Counted from the stretch's first letter, positions 36,772 to 48,710 are shown. The stretch: DNA of 64,000 nt from Eubacteriales bacterium (GCA_045538555.1 JAZSRP010000043.1:9616-73615); one strand, 5' to 3'. Notes: a model not told the origin generated them from the letters alone. A program made the numbers and translations.

Positions 36772-37339
36772 AAATAGCGGACCAATTGACATTTTTTCTG
36801 CAGAAGAGCTGATCCTTGAATTACTTCAAAAAAAACCATCCGAGCCTGTTTTTGTAGCAATCGATGGCGAAATCGGAGCAGGGAAGTCATATTTTGCAAA
36901 TTTAATGCACGAAAAACACTGTCTTTCGGTTGTGCATACCGATGACTTTTATAAACCCGGTTTTGATCCAAAAAAACCTCCTGTATTTGATGGAAATATT
37001 GATTTTGAACGTCTGTGCAGAGAGGTTTTTTTTCAAACATCAGATATATTTTCTTATGGTGTGTTTGATTGTTTTGTGCAGACAAATGTTTGCCAAAGAA
37101 TGATTGATGCAAGAAAACCGATCATTATTGAGGGAACTTATTCTCTCCACCCAAGAATATCTCAACGATATTCATTGAAGTTGTTTTTTGAAACAGCTGA
37201 GGATGTGAGAGACAACCGCATTTCCGCCCGTGGACCGGATGCCGAAAAACGTTTGACAAATATTTGGATCCCTGCCTCAAAGAGATATTTTGAGCATTAC
37301 AAAATTAAAGAACGTTGCCACGCAGTTGTAAAAACTTGA
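36761..37339 (+). CDS. Uridine-kinase-like P-loop NTPase
   Basis: Walker A IDGEIGAGKSY, then HTDDFY and IIIEG motifs as in the uridine kinase/PRK family. ATG 36761 lies 7 nt after AAGGAG. Confidence 0.6.
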   Translation: MWAKNSGPIDIFSAEELILELLQKKPSEPVFVAIDGEIGAGKSYFANLMHEKHCLSVVHTDDFYKPGFDPKKPPVFDGNIDFERLCREVFFQTSDIFSYGVFDCFVQTNVCQRMIDARKPIIIEGTYSLHPRISQRYSLKLFFETAEDVRDNRISARGPDAEKRLTNIWIPASKRYFEHYKIKERCHAVVKT

Positions 37340-37353
37340 AAGGAATCGAAAGA

Positions 37354-39111
37354 ATGAGCGTTTTTTGTTATAATGAGAAAAGTTTCTTGCTTGACGAAAC
37401 AGAGTTTCAGATTATATCAGGATCTATCCATTATTTTCGGACCGTTCCGCAATATTGGCGGGACAGATTGAGAAAGCTCAAACAATGCGGATTCAATACA
37501 GTCGAAACATATACATGCTGGAACCTCCACGAGAGGCGCGAGAACGAGTTTTCGTTTGAAGGTATACTTGACCTCGGTCAGTTCCTGGATATTGCCAAGG
37601 AAGAAGGTCTGTACGCCATTGTAAGGCCGGGGCCGTATATCTGCGCAGAGTGGGAGTTTGGCGGTCTGCCTTCCTGGCTTTTGAAGTACGAAAACATCCA
37701 TATCCGATGCCGCAATCCCATCTTTTTGGAAAAAGAAAAAAGATATCTGTCAAAACTGTTTGAAATCATTGTACCGCGGCTTATAACAAACGGCGGAAAC
37801 ATCCTGATGGTACAGGTAGAAAACGAGTATGGATCATATGGAAATGATCACGATTACATCAACGAGCTTGCAGATTTTTACCGTCAATGCGGAATTGATA
37901 CCGTTCTTTTTACTTCTGACGGAGCAAACGAGATGTTTCTCGGAGGCGGAACAGTTCCTGATCTTTTACCAACCGCAAATTTTGGATCGGATTTTAAAAC
38001 CTGGTTTGGTGAATTGGAACGCTTGCGCCCCGGGTTTCCAAAAATGTGCGCTGAGTATTGGGACGGTTGGTTTGATACCTGGCACGAGCCCCATCACAGA
38101 CGAATCCCCGATGATGTACCTCAACAGTTGGACGGTATTATATCAAGCGGCGGCAATGTGAATTTTTATATGTTTTGCGGTGGAACAAACTTTGGATTCC
38201 ACAATGGAGCAAATATAATTGACGGAAAGATTTGCCCTCAGACCACCAGTTATGATTATGATGCGATGTTGACTGAGGAGGGCGACCTTACAGAACGGTA
38301 TTTCAGATGCAGAGAAGTGATTGAAAAGCATTTTGGCACGCTTCCTCCGCTTACTGTAAACAATACAAAAAAAATGAGCTATGGCAAAGTATTGTTGAAA
38401 GAAAGTTCTTCTGTCATAAAGTACGCAAAAAACAACGTAGATCCAATAGTTTCAGCTTTTCCGCAGAGTTTTGAAGAACTGGGCATTGATTTTGGATTTG
38501 TACTGTACAGCACAACAATCGATTATGAACTGCCTGAAACAGAGATCATAATCGAACCCGTTAGGGACAGAGCGATTATTTTTATCAACGGAATATATGC
38601 AGGCACAAAAGAGCGTGATCGTCGTGACGACAGGGTTACTGTTTCTGTTAAAAAAGGCGAAACGGTGCAGGTCGATGTTCTGATGGAAAATATGGGCCGT
38701 GTCAATTATGGGCAGTATATGCTTGACAACAGAAAAGGGATAACAACCGGCGTTAGAACAGGACAGCAATATCTGTTTGGCTGGAAGATGTACCCAATGA
38801 CAATGGATGATCTTTCAAATGTTGTCTTTGACCGTGAAAAAGGGTTTACAGAGCCCGCATTTTTGAAAGGTGAATTTGCTGTCGACGGAACCCCGTGTGA
38901 TACTTTTGTACGCCTTGACGGGTTTAAAAAAGGATTTGTATGTGTAAACGGTTTTAATATCGGTAGATATTGGAATACCGCGGGTCCGCAAAAAACTTTA
39001 TACTTGCCTGCGCCGCTTCTAAAAAAAGGAAATAATACCGTTGTCGTCTGCGAGCTTGACGGTTATGAACAAGCAGAGATATGTCTTACTGATGTTCGTG
39101 ATCTCGGTTGA
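37354..39111 (+). CDS. Beta-galactosidase, glycoside hydrolase family 35
   Basis: GSIHYFRTVPQYWRDRLRKLKQCGFNTVETY, RPGPYICAEWEFGGLPSWL, and VQVENEYGSYG carrying the acid/base Glu. Confidence 0.9.
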   Translation: MSVFCYNEKSFLLDETEFQIISGSIHYFRTVPQYWRDRLRKLKQCGFNTVETYTCWNLHERRENEFSFEGILDLGQFLDIAKEEGLYAIVRPGPYICAEWEFGGLPSWLLKYENIHIRCRNPIFLEKEKRYLSKLFEIIVPRLITNGGNILMVQVENEYGSYGNDHDYINELADFYRQCGIDTVLFTSDGANEMFLGGGTVPDLLPTANFGSDFKTWFGELERLRPGFPKMCAEYWDGWFDTWHEPHHRRIPDDVPQQLDGIISSGGNVNFYMFCGGTNFGFHNGANIIDGKICPQTTSYDYDAMLTEEGDLTERYFRCREVIEKHFGTLPPLTVNNTKKMSYGKVLLKESSSVIKYAKNNVDPIVSAFPQSFEELGIDFGFVLYSTTIDYELPETEIIIEPVRDRAIIFINGIYAGTKERDRRDDRVTVSVKKGETVQVDVLMENMGRVNYGQYMLDNRKGITTGVRTGQQYLFGWKMYPMTMDDLSNVVFDREKGFTEPAFLKGEFAVDGTPCDTFVRLDGFKKGFVCVNGFNIGRYWNTAGPQKTLYLPAPLLKKGNNTVVVCELDGYEQAEICLTDVRDLG

Positions 39112-39113
39112 AC

Positions 39114-39146
39114 AAAAAAGGATGTAAGAAATTACATCCTTTTTTA
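39114..39146. terminator. Bidirectional terminator between GH35 and the symporter gene
   Basis: aaaaaaggatgtaa-gaaa-ttacatcctttttt, with A/T runs on both sides. Confidence 0.85.
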
Positions 39147-39148
39147 TG

Positions 39149-40561
39149 TTATTTGCAGTTTTTCTTACTCTTAAAAATCAAATTGCGGAAAAGTAAAATG
39201 TTCAACACAACGCAAAGTATCGCAAGGCACCCAAGAGTGATATATGTCGCCGATTCACTTGTTGGTGCGTAGGATACAAAAAGCATGATAGGAAATCCAA
39301 AAACGATAGCAGGCAGATTTTGATATACAAGGTTGTCAGAAACAGGTGACGTAAAATCCTGATCAACCTCGCGCAAAAGAATCATGCCTGTGCTTGCTGT
39401 GCCTGTGAGCATACCGTACATAGCAAGAAATTGCTGGTCCTTGTATTCGGGAAACAGCTTTTTGCACACGAATTGAAGATAAATAAATGTCGAAAGAGCG
39501 CCAAAAAGTCCGAGAATAAGAAGTGTATACCAGTACTCTGCAATAAGATCGATCTGTATTGCGGCAATTCCTGCAACTATCATAACGTCAAAAGCAAAAC
39601 CACTTATTCTGGAAAGCATAAAATTGTTGATATATTCGCGTTTGATGACCTTTTTTCTACGAAAATAATTATAAACAGCTTTGAAACCAACTGCAACCAA
39701 AGTTCCGAGAAGGAAGTTAAAACCAAAAATAGTAGCGGTCATACCCTCGCCGACAACCTTGCTCAAAAGGTACATGAATATGTATGCAACTGCATATGCA
39801 CAGATAATAAACCCAACCTGAATGGAAAACTTGTCAACTGTGGAAGTCATGGGGATCTCATCGTCTGCTTGGATATCTGCACCTTTCATTGTTTTGGCTG
39901 TTTCATCGGATGCATCGCATATCCTGCCTTTTCTCTTGAGATAGTTGAGATACATTACACCCAAAATGCTGGCACTGAGAAACCCAAGAGCAGCAATTGT
40001 CAGTCCAAAGCTCTTTCCTCCCTCAAAGCCATACGATGACTCATAGATAGAGCCGTAGTTGAGTGCCTGGCCGGTTCCCTGACCATATCCGAGTGCAAGA
40101 ATGATACCGGCTGCTTTGATAAGCTTTGGAACAAAGCATGAAAGTCCAATGGTAATACCAATACCCAATATAGCTTGGATTAGATAGGTTGAAACAGTGG
40201 TAACACCTGTGTTAAAGATTTCTGCCATGCGTTTTCCGGTAAAGGATTTTTTATCTTGGCGCAGGGACATGGCAATAAAACCGATTGCAAGTGAATGGTA
40301 GGTAATATTTTCCAACTCATTCATTCCGGAAACCGTGCTGTCTGAAGAGAATACCGCCAGGTTAAAAAGGTAGTCTCCGCAACACATTTTGCAAACTGTA
40401 GAAATGACCAAAAGTATAATTCCGCCAAGTACCGAAGCGGGTATCAGTGATCTTTTCAAAAATGGGATCAACTGCTTAAGAGCGTTTGCCAAAACAATGG
40501 CACCAAGAAGAACAGCGCAAAGCAAAACAAATGACCATGTTTGCGGTTCCCAAAAGTTCAT
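39149..40561 (-). CDS. Sodium/glutamate symporter family (GltS/ESS-like) transporter
   Basis: Polytopic membrane protein. The N-terminus LKQLIPFLKRSLIPASVLGGIILL resembles the GltS N-terminal pattern. This is a by-eye assignment only. Confidence 0.5.
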   Translation of the reverse strand: MNFWEPQTWSFVLLCAVLLGAIVLANALKQLIPFLKRSLIPASVLGGIILLVISTVCKMCCGDYLFNLAVFSSDSTVSGMNELENITYHSLAIGFIAMSLRQDKKSFTGKRMAEIFNTGVTTVSTYLIQAILGIGITIGLSCFVPKLIKAAGIILALGYGQGTGQALNYGSIYESSYGFEGGKSFGLTIAALGFLSASILGVMYLNYLKRKGRICDASDETAKTMKGADIQADDEIPMTSTVDKFSIQVGFIICAYAVAYIFMYLLSKVVGEGMTATIFGFNFLLGTLVAVGFKAVYNYFRRKKVIKREYINNFMLSRISGFAFDVMIVAGIAAIQIDLIAEYWYTLLILGLFGALSTFIYLQFVCKKLFPEYKDQQFLAMYGMLTGTASTGMILLREVDQDFTSPVSDNLVYQNLPAIVFGFPIMLFVSYAPTSESATYITLGCLAILCVVLNILLFRNLIFKSKKNCK

Positions 40562-40770
40562 AAAATCACCTCTGATATCATATTAAACCACTTAATTATA
40601 CAACATTTTTGTAAAAAGTAAAATACTTTTTTTCAAAAAAATGAAATAAATACATACAAGATATACCGCAAATTTTTGTTATACAAATCAAACAATATTG
40701 ATTTTGCGGTAGATGTATGATATTATAAAATTAAATATAAGATAAAAAATAACGCACGGGGAGTTTATTG

Positions 40771-43700
40771 ATGAAAAAGATAGCTACAGTATTCTTGGCA
40801 GCTTTTATCCTTTTCTCACTGGTCATTCCTTTTGAAACTGTATTTGCCACGAGATATATCGGTGATTTGAGTGGAGATAAAAGCGTTACTGCAGTTGATT
40901 ATCTCACGCTCAAAAGATATTGTCTCGGCACCTATGATCTTTCGCGCAGCTCTTTGGAAGCGGCTGACGTCAACGGGGACGGTGACATCGGTGCCTCTGA
41001 CTATTTGATGGTAAAACGCAGTGTACTTGGTACATATGATATTTCAAACCCCGAGTTTTTCACACCTGTCAGCAACGGAAAGCAATATTCATTCAGTGTT
41101 TCACCAAGCAGCACTTATCCCGATACTTACTCATGTGAGCTGACCGATGGCATCCATGCAAAATCCGCTTCTTATTCTTCAAATGAATTTTGCGGTATAA
41201 ATTCAAGCTTTTTTGTGGTATTGGATTTGGGAAACGACGGCAAGAAGCTCAATCGATTTGAACTCTATTATCTTGCCACAACAAATGCCGGTATTGCTGC
41301 TCCCGCTGCTATTGATCTGTACGGTTCAGATGATGGGGTTTCATGGGAATCTATCGGCACGATGACAATGCCCGCATATGTTGAAAACACGATCCAGTGT
41401 GCATATTTTGTGCCACAGACAGAGCTTGAATATCAATACATAAAATATGACCTGACCAAAAAAGCATATTGGATATTTATAGATGAGATTGTTGCATATT
41501 CAAATATTCCTGATTACAAAACTTATCCCTCTGACAGAGTTTTTGAGTCTTATCGAAGTGATACTGTTACGGATTCACAGCGTCAAGTGAATCTCATTGC
41601 ACTTTCCAACGGTGTTTCATACGATAAAGAAAAAGGAAAAACCGTCATTTCCAATAATTGCAGCTATGAAATCACTGCAAACGGGTTTGACTGGAGGACG
41701 GGTGAAAAATCCGGGGTGCTTACCGACGGAGTTGATACCGGTTCTTATTTTGAAAGTCAAAATTTTGTGGGAATCGATGCAAACGGAGGTATCGGCATCA
41801 CAATCGATCTTGGTCAAAAATATACCACCATTTGCGGTTTTTCTCTCCATTGCTTCAAGCGTCCCGCCGCAAAAATCGATTTGCCTGTTTTTGTTGATAT
41901 ATTTGCCGGTGATTCTACCGATACGATGATCAACGTTGCAAGATCATATATGACTTGCGGTGAAGATGAAAATTTTGAGTATTTTGTGACACTTGATTCA
42001 ATTATATGTGCAAGATACATTACTTTTTATATCCCTGCAAATGATTTTTACTGTTGGGTTGAAGAGGCACAAATATTTGAAAACAGCGGCTCTGCCCCTT
42101 TGCAGTATTTTGTATATGATACTCCAAACATTCCGGTTATTGAAAAAGATATATATCACAATGTATCCGATTCCGATTATAATACACACCAAAATCTGAT
42201 TCTTGGAAAAACTCAGCAGATTACTTCGGATATTGATCTTGATTACGAGTATTACGGTGAATCAAACACTCCTCAGACCTCCAATCTGCTTACGGACGGA
42301 AAATATACATCCGACACCAACTGCTACAACGGATATTGGTTTCATTTCTCTCGAGGCACAGGTAGAAATGTTTTTTATGATCTTGGAGCACTTTCTGCAG
42401 TTGATAGCTATTCAATCCGTTTTCTTGTAAATGACAGTTGGGGAATCCGACTGCCCACAAAAGTGTCGCTCATTCTTTCTCAAAACGGTAAAGACTGGTA
42501 CGTCGCAGACACCCATTATCCAGACGTATTGTATGACGAACAGATTTTTGTTGTTGAGCGCGAGCTAAACAAACAATACAAGGCAAGATACGCTCTTGTT
42601 TACATGACGGTCGCCGCACACGTATTTCTTGATGAAATTACTGTAAACGGCACAAAAAATATTGATTATGCAACCTCTCTCTCTTCCTCAGGTCTTTCAA
42701 CCCACTCTGTATTTACAGGAAACGAAAACCAAGGGTATATGGCACCCGATCCCGATATTCTCGGTGGCGCAAAGGATGTCAATCTGGTTTATCATACAGG
42801 AACCGTCACTGATGAAGAGTTTCTTTTGCCATATGTGGCATATTTGGATCAAAACGGAAATATTGTCGACACAATGTTTGACGGATTTTTGTTTCTTCCC
42901 ACCACCGGCACTTTACCAAGCGGCGGTAGACCATACGGAACAAATATCAAGAGCGACTGGGATTATTTGTACAACGATATTTTTGCTTCAGACAGATGCT
43001 TCCAGGCACTTGAAAACGTGGCAGATAGCGTAAAAACAGCACTTGGTATATCACAGCTCAAGCTCAAGGTTTTTGTTGCAATTCCGCACCTTGACACAAC
43101 GTTGACAAGCTTTGGCGATGTAGACGGTGACGGTGTTTCCGAGAACCTGACAAAAATGGATGACCGCATCAAGGTTACACAGTGGTATACCCAAAAAGTG
43201 CGTACGGAATTTGACGCCCGAGGGTATGACAATCTACAGCTCAACGGTTTTTATTGGTTCCATGAAACAATTGAAGGTGACGATGCCGAGACGGCAAAAA
43301 ACGTCAGCGCAATGTTGAAATATAACAACGAGCAGCTGTTCTGGATCCCTTATTTTCAGGCAACCGGATTTACAGACTGGAAAGATTTTGGTTTTGTGAC
43401 GGGCTGTCTCCAGCCAAATTATGCTTTCAATCTTGACGTACCGGTATCTCGGCTTTACTACGCTTCGGAGATTGCAAAGAAGTACGGAATGTGCATTGAG
43501 CTGGAATTGGACAACAGAGCTTTTTCTGATGACAGATACTTCCAGAAATATATGGATTATTTGCGATGCGGTGTAGAATACGGATATATGAGTGACTGTA
43601 TCCATATGTACTACCAAGGCGTGGGATATTTTAATACTGCATGCTATTCTACGGGAAAATACAGATTGATATACGACTATACGTATCAGTTTGTGAAAGG

Positions 43701-43974
43701 CACGTTGGGATTTGATATTGACAGTGTTGTAGATCAGGAATACAACGCCTATTCCAACAAAATGTTTTCTGGCAATCTCAATGCAAATGACACTGTCGGC
43801 GTCTCTTTTGAATTGACAAAATCTCCGTCTCACGGGACTGTATCGGTTGATTCAAACGGTGATTTTGTCTACTATCCCAACAAGGGTTTTTCAGGTACTG
43901 ACAGCTTTTGCTTTGCTGCCAATGATTATCTTTGTACATCCGGTGATTGTACAGTCACAATAAACGTGGAATGA
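40771..43974 (+). CDS. Secreted multidomain protein: N-terminal dockerin-type module, three discoidin/CBM-like domains, DUF4855-like domain, C-terminal Ig-like domain
   Basis: Signal peptide followed by a duplicated EF-hand dockerin segment (DLSGDKSVTAVDYLTLKRYCLG / DVNGDGDIGASDYLMVKRSVLG). Three beta-sandwich units each open with LTDG (CELTDGIHA, GVLTDGVDT, NLLTDGKYT). The FDGFLFLP..FYWFHE region is DUF4855-like from memory. The tail is SPSHGTVSVDSNGDFVYYPNKGFSGTDSF. Confidence 0.6.
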   Translation: MKKIATVFLAAFILFSLVIPFETVFATRYIGDLSGDKSVTAVDYLTLKRYCLGTYDLSRSSLEAADVNGDGDIGASDYLMVKRSVLGTYDISNPEFFTPVSNGKQYSFSVSPSSTYPDTYSCELTDGIHAKSASYSSNEFCGINSSFFVVLDLGNDGKKLNRFELYYLATTNAGIAAPAAIDLYGSDDGVSWESIGTMTMPAYVENTIQCAYFVPQTELEYQYIKYDLTKKAYWIFIDEIVAYSNIPDYKTYPSDRVFESYRSDTVTDSQRQVNLIALSNGVSYDKEKGKTVISNNCSYEITANGFDWRTGEKSGVLTDGVDTGSYFESQNFVGIDANGGIGITIDLGQKYTTICGFSLHCFKRPAAKIDLPVFVDIFAGDSTDTMINVARSYMTCGEDENFEYFVTLDSIICARYITFYIPANDFYCWVEEAQIFENSGSAPLQYFVYDTPNIPVIEKDIYHNVSDSDYNTHQNLILGKTQQITSDIDLDYEYYGESNTPQTSNLLTDGKYTSDTNCYNGYWFHFSRGTGRNVFYDLGALSAVDSYSIRFLVNDSWGIRLPTKVSLILSQNGKDWYVADTHYPDVLYDEQIFVVERELNKQYKARYALVYMTVAAHVFLDEITVNGTKNIDYATSLSSSGLSTHSVFTGNENQGYMAPDPDILGGAKDVNLVYHTGTVTDEEFLLPYVAYLDQNGNIVDTMFDGFLFLPTTGTLPSGGRPYGTNIKSDWDYLYNDIFASDRCFQALENVADSVKTALGISQLKLKVFVAIPHLDTTLTSFGDVDGDGVSENLTKMDDRIKVTQWYTQKVRTEFDARGYDNLQLNGFYWFHETIEGDDAETAKNVSAMLKYNNEQLFWIPYFQATGFTDWKDFGFVTGCLQPNYAFNLDVPVSRLYYASEIAKKYGMCIELELDNRAFSDDRYFQKYMDYLRCGVEYGYMSDCIHMYYQGVGYFNTACYSTGKYRLIYDYTYQFVKGTLGFDIDSVVDQEYNAYSNKMFSGNLNANDTVGVSFELTKSPSHGTVSVDSNGDFVYYPNKGFSGTDSFCFAANDYLCTSGDCTVTINVE

Positions 43975-44540
43975 AAATGAAGAACAACAAGTTATTTCAA
44001 CTTTTCAAAACATTTTTCAAGATTGGTGCCTTTACAATCGGCGGCGGGTATGCAATGCTTCCGCTGATCCAAAACGAGGTGGCCGAAAAGAAAAAATGGA
44101 TCAAAGAATCTGATATGCTGGACATAGTGGCAATCGCTGAGAGCACCCCAGGTCCAATTGCAATCAATACTGCAACATTTGTTGGAACAAAGGTAGCGGG
44201 ATTTTGGGGAGCATTTTGTGCCACTATTGGCACAGTTCTTCCGTCTTTTCTTATCATTGTTACACTTGCGTTTGTTTTGGGAAAGATCAACCAGTACACA
44301 GTTGTGCGTTTTGCTTTCAACGGTGTACGCGCAGGCGTGATTGCGCTGATTGTCAAAGCGCTTTTTGGAATGGCAAAATCCTGTCCAAAAAATCTTTCTT
44401 CTGCAATACTGGCATGTGTTGCTTTTGCCATAGTCTTGTTTACAAATGTAAATATTGTTTTTGTTATCATCGGTGGCGCATTTATTGGGCTGGCTGCAGC
44501 AATACTATGCAAACAAAAAGAGAAAGGAGATAAAAAATGA
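43971..44540 (+). CDS. chrA: Chromate transporter family protein, short-chain (N-type half)
   Basis: FKIGAFTIGGGYAMLPLIQ and ESTPGPIAIN motifs. ATG 43971 overlaps the upstream stop (ATGA); ATG 43977 is an alternative. Confidence 0.8.
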   Translation: MKMKNNKLFQLFKTFFKIGAFTIGGGYAMLPLIQNEVAEKKKWIKESDMLDIVAIAESTPGPIAINTATFVGTKVAGFWGAFCATIGTVLPSFLIIVTLAFVLGKINQYTVVRFAFNGVRAGVIALIVKALFGMAKSCPKNLSSAILACVAFAIVLFTNVNIVFVIIGGAFIGLAAAILCKQKEKGDKK

Positions 44541-45106
44541 TTCTCCTTGAGCTTTTTCTTACCTTTCTTCAAATCGGCGCGCTCACCTTTGGCGGCGGGT
44601 ATGCAATGCTTCCGTTGATGCAGCAGGAGGTGCTTGCTCACCAATGGATGCCCGAAGAACAGCTTTTGGATTTTATTGCAGTTGCAGAGAGTACTCCGGG
44701 TCCCGTTGCAATAAATATGGCAACATATATTGGGGTCGAAAATGCAGGAATTTTTGGCGCAATTTGTGCAACTGTCGGCGTTGTGCTTCCTTCCTTTTTG
44801 ATCATATTGATCGTGGCAAGGTTTTATGAAAAGTACAAAAATTCCTTTGTTGTAAAAGGTTGTCTTACCGGCCTGCGTCCTGTTGTTGTTGGACTTATTG
44901 CATCGGCTGTGATCTCTTTAGGAGCAGGAGTGTTTTTTTCAACTCCCATATCAGAAACAGTTTACGGTGTTGGTTTCTTTTCAAATATATTAATTTTTGG
45001 GATTACAGTATATCTTGCATTCAAAAAGAAAAACCCAATACTGCTGATACTTTTGTCAGCGTGTCTTGGAATTGCGGCTGGATATACGGATATGTATCTT
45101 TTCTAA
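44537..45106 (+). CDS. chrA: Chromate transporter family protein, short-chain (C-type half)
   Basis: LQIGALTFGGGYAMLPLMQ and ESTPGPVAIN motifs. There is a 4-nt ATGA overlap with the partner gene. Confidence 0.8.
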   Translation: MILLELFLTFLQIGALTFGGGYAMLPLMQQEVLAHQWMPEEQLLDFIAVAESTPGPVAINMATYIGVENAGIFGAICATVGVVLPSFLIILIVARFYEKYKNSFVVKGCLTGLRPVVVGLIASAVISLGAGVFFSTPISETVYGVGFFSNILIFGITVYLAFKKKNPILLILLSACLGIAAGYTDMYLF

Positions 45107-45109
45107 ACA

Positions 45110-45136
45110 AAAGGGTGCCAAAAGCACCCTTTTTTA
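45110..45136 (+). terminator. Rho-independent terminator
   Basis: aaagggtgc-caaaa-gcacccttt followed by a T-run. Confidence 0.8.
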
Positions 45137-45258
45137 ATCGAAAATATCACAAATAATAGCAAAATTTTTAAACAAACTTGTATGTGAACACAATAAATAT
45201 CTGTTGAAAAAACCTTGAATTTGTGATACAATTATTTAAATTATTTCCGGAGGCCGAT

Positions 45259-46383
45259 ATGAGATTTGTAGCAACGTGCCTATTTGGACTCGAAAGACTT
45301 TTGGGTGAAGAAATTGATGCCCTTGGTTACCAGCGTATTGAAACCATTGACGGCAGAGTGGAGTTTGAAGCGCCACCTGAAGCGATTGCTGTCTGCAATA
45401 TACATTTTCGATATGCTGAGCGTGTTCTTATTCTCATGAAAAAGTTCAAGGCATTGACTTTTGATGAGCTTTTTGAGGGTGTAAAGTCTATTTGCTGGAA
45501 TGAAATTATCGGCAGGGAAGACGCATTTCCTGTAAAGGGACATAGCGTCAGATCAAAGCTGTTTTCAATTCCTGATTGCCAGCGCATTATAAAAAAAGCC
45601 ATTGTTGATAGTATGTCAAAAAACTATGGTATCAAATTTTTTGAAGAGAGCGGCACAAAATATCAGATCAACTTTTTTATTCTCAACGATGTGGCTTCAA
45701 TAATGTTAGATACAAGCGGCGAGCCGCTTCACAAGCGCGGTTATCGCAAGCTGGCTGGAATTGCACCGCTGCGCGAAACTCTTGCCGCCGCAATGGTTTC
45801 GCTCTCTCGCCCACGTGAGAATGTTATTATTTGTGACCCGCTCTGCGGTAGCGGAACAATTGCCATCGAGGCTGCAATGTTATCAAAAGGCATTGCGCCG
45901 GGAATTTACCGCTCTTTTTCTGCTGAGGCGTTTCACATTTTGAAAAACAGTGTCTGGAATTTGGAAAGGGAAAAAGCAAAAAGCAAAATACACGATCCTG
46001 CTTTTTTCGTTTATGGTTCGGATATTGATTCAGAATGCATATCTCTTGCAAAAGATAACTCAACCAAGGCAGGAGTATCAGATGCAGTTTCATTTTGTGT
46101 GACCGATGCAATTAATTTTGTTTCACCGGTACCCGAGGCAAGGGGAACAATAGTCACAAACCCACCGTATGGTGAGCGTCTGCTGGATATTGAGTCCGCA
46201 AGGGCACTATACAAAGGAATGGGAAAAGCTTTTTCGGAAAACGTACCCGCATGGCAGATATACGTTATTACTTCGGATCCTGAATTTGAGCGTCACTTTG
46301 GCAGAAGGTGCGACAAAAAGCGTCCGATGTACAACGGTATGATAAAATGCACATTCTATCAATTTTTCAAGCGTAATCATTGA
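45259..46383 (+). CDS. THUMP-domain class I SAM-dependent RNA methyltransferase (RlmL/YpsC-like)
   Basis: N-terminal ferredoxin-like/THUMP region, SAM motif DPLCGSGTIAIEAA and catalytic NPPYGER. ATG 45259 follows GGAGG. Confidence 0.8.
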   Translation: MRFVATCLFGLERLLGEEIDALGYQRIETIDGRVEFEAPPEAIAVCNIHFRYAERVLILMKKFKALTFDELFEGVKSICWNEIIGREDAFPVKGHSVRSKLFSIPDCQRIIKKAIVDSMSKNYGIKFFEESGTKYQINFFILNDVASIMLDTSGEPLHKRGYRKLAGIAPLRETLAAAMVSLSRPRENVIICDPLCGSGTIAIEAAMLSKGIAPGIYRSFSAEAFHILKNSVWNLEREKAKSKIHDPAFFVYGSDIDSECISLAKDNSTKAGVSDAVSFCVTDAINFVSPVPEARGTIVTNPPYGERLLDIESARALYKGMGKAFSENVPAWQIYVITSDPEFERHFGRRCDKKRPMYNGMIKCTFYQFFKRNH

Positions 46384-46438
46384 TTGGCACTGAAAAACAG
46401 TGAGAATAAGCGAATATTATTGATTTTATTGTCAAACA

Positions 46439-46465
46439 TTGGCACTCTTGCCGTCAGTCTGCCAA
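46439..46465 (+). promoter_or_regulatory. Degenerate CIRCE-like inverted repeat upstream of groES
   Basis: TTGGCACTC-N9-GTCTGCCAA versus the CIRCE consensus TTAGCACTC-N9-GAGTGCTAA. The right arm has two mismatches to the perfect inverted repeat. Confidence 0.4.
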
Positions 46466-46508
46466 TACTTTACAAATTATATGACACATATTCTTTTTTT
46501 GTTCATAA

Positions 46509-48508
<2,000 letters not shown>

Positions 48509-48528
48509 TCCTTTAGAATTTACTGAAA

Positions 48529-48561
48529 AAGCCGCAGTTTTTAGATTGCGGCTTTTGTTTT
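48529..48561 (+). terminator. Rho-independent terminator after groEL
   Basis: gccgca...tgcggc hairpin followed by ttttgtttt. Confidence 0.75.
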
Positions 48562-48638
48562 CCTATAGATTCAACCATTGGTTGCAACGTTTTTGTAATT
48601 TACATTTTTCAAAAATTGTGTTTTCAATCACAAGTTTA

Positions 48639-48667
48639 TTGACTGAAATACAGATTTTTGTTAGAAT
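48639..48667 (+). promoter_or_regulatory. Putative sigma-A promoter of the XRE-family gene
   Basis: TTGACT, a 17-nt spacer, then TGtTAGAAT. Confidence 0.5.
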
Positions 48668-48710
48668 TTTTTCATAGAGCTCTTGTATTTTTCAGAAGAA
48701 AAGGAGATCA

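Noticed and set aside
46439-46456. TTGGCAC looked like a sigma-54 -24 element upstream of groES.
   Set aside because: The required TTGC -12 element is not at the correct spacing (TGGCAC-N5-TTGC); here the CTTGC begins only 1 nt after TGGCAC. A CIRCE-like reading fits better.
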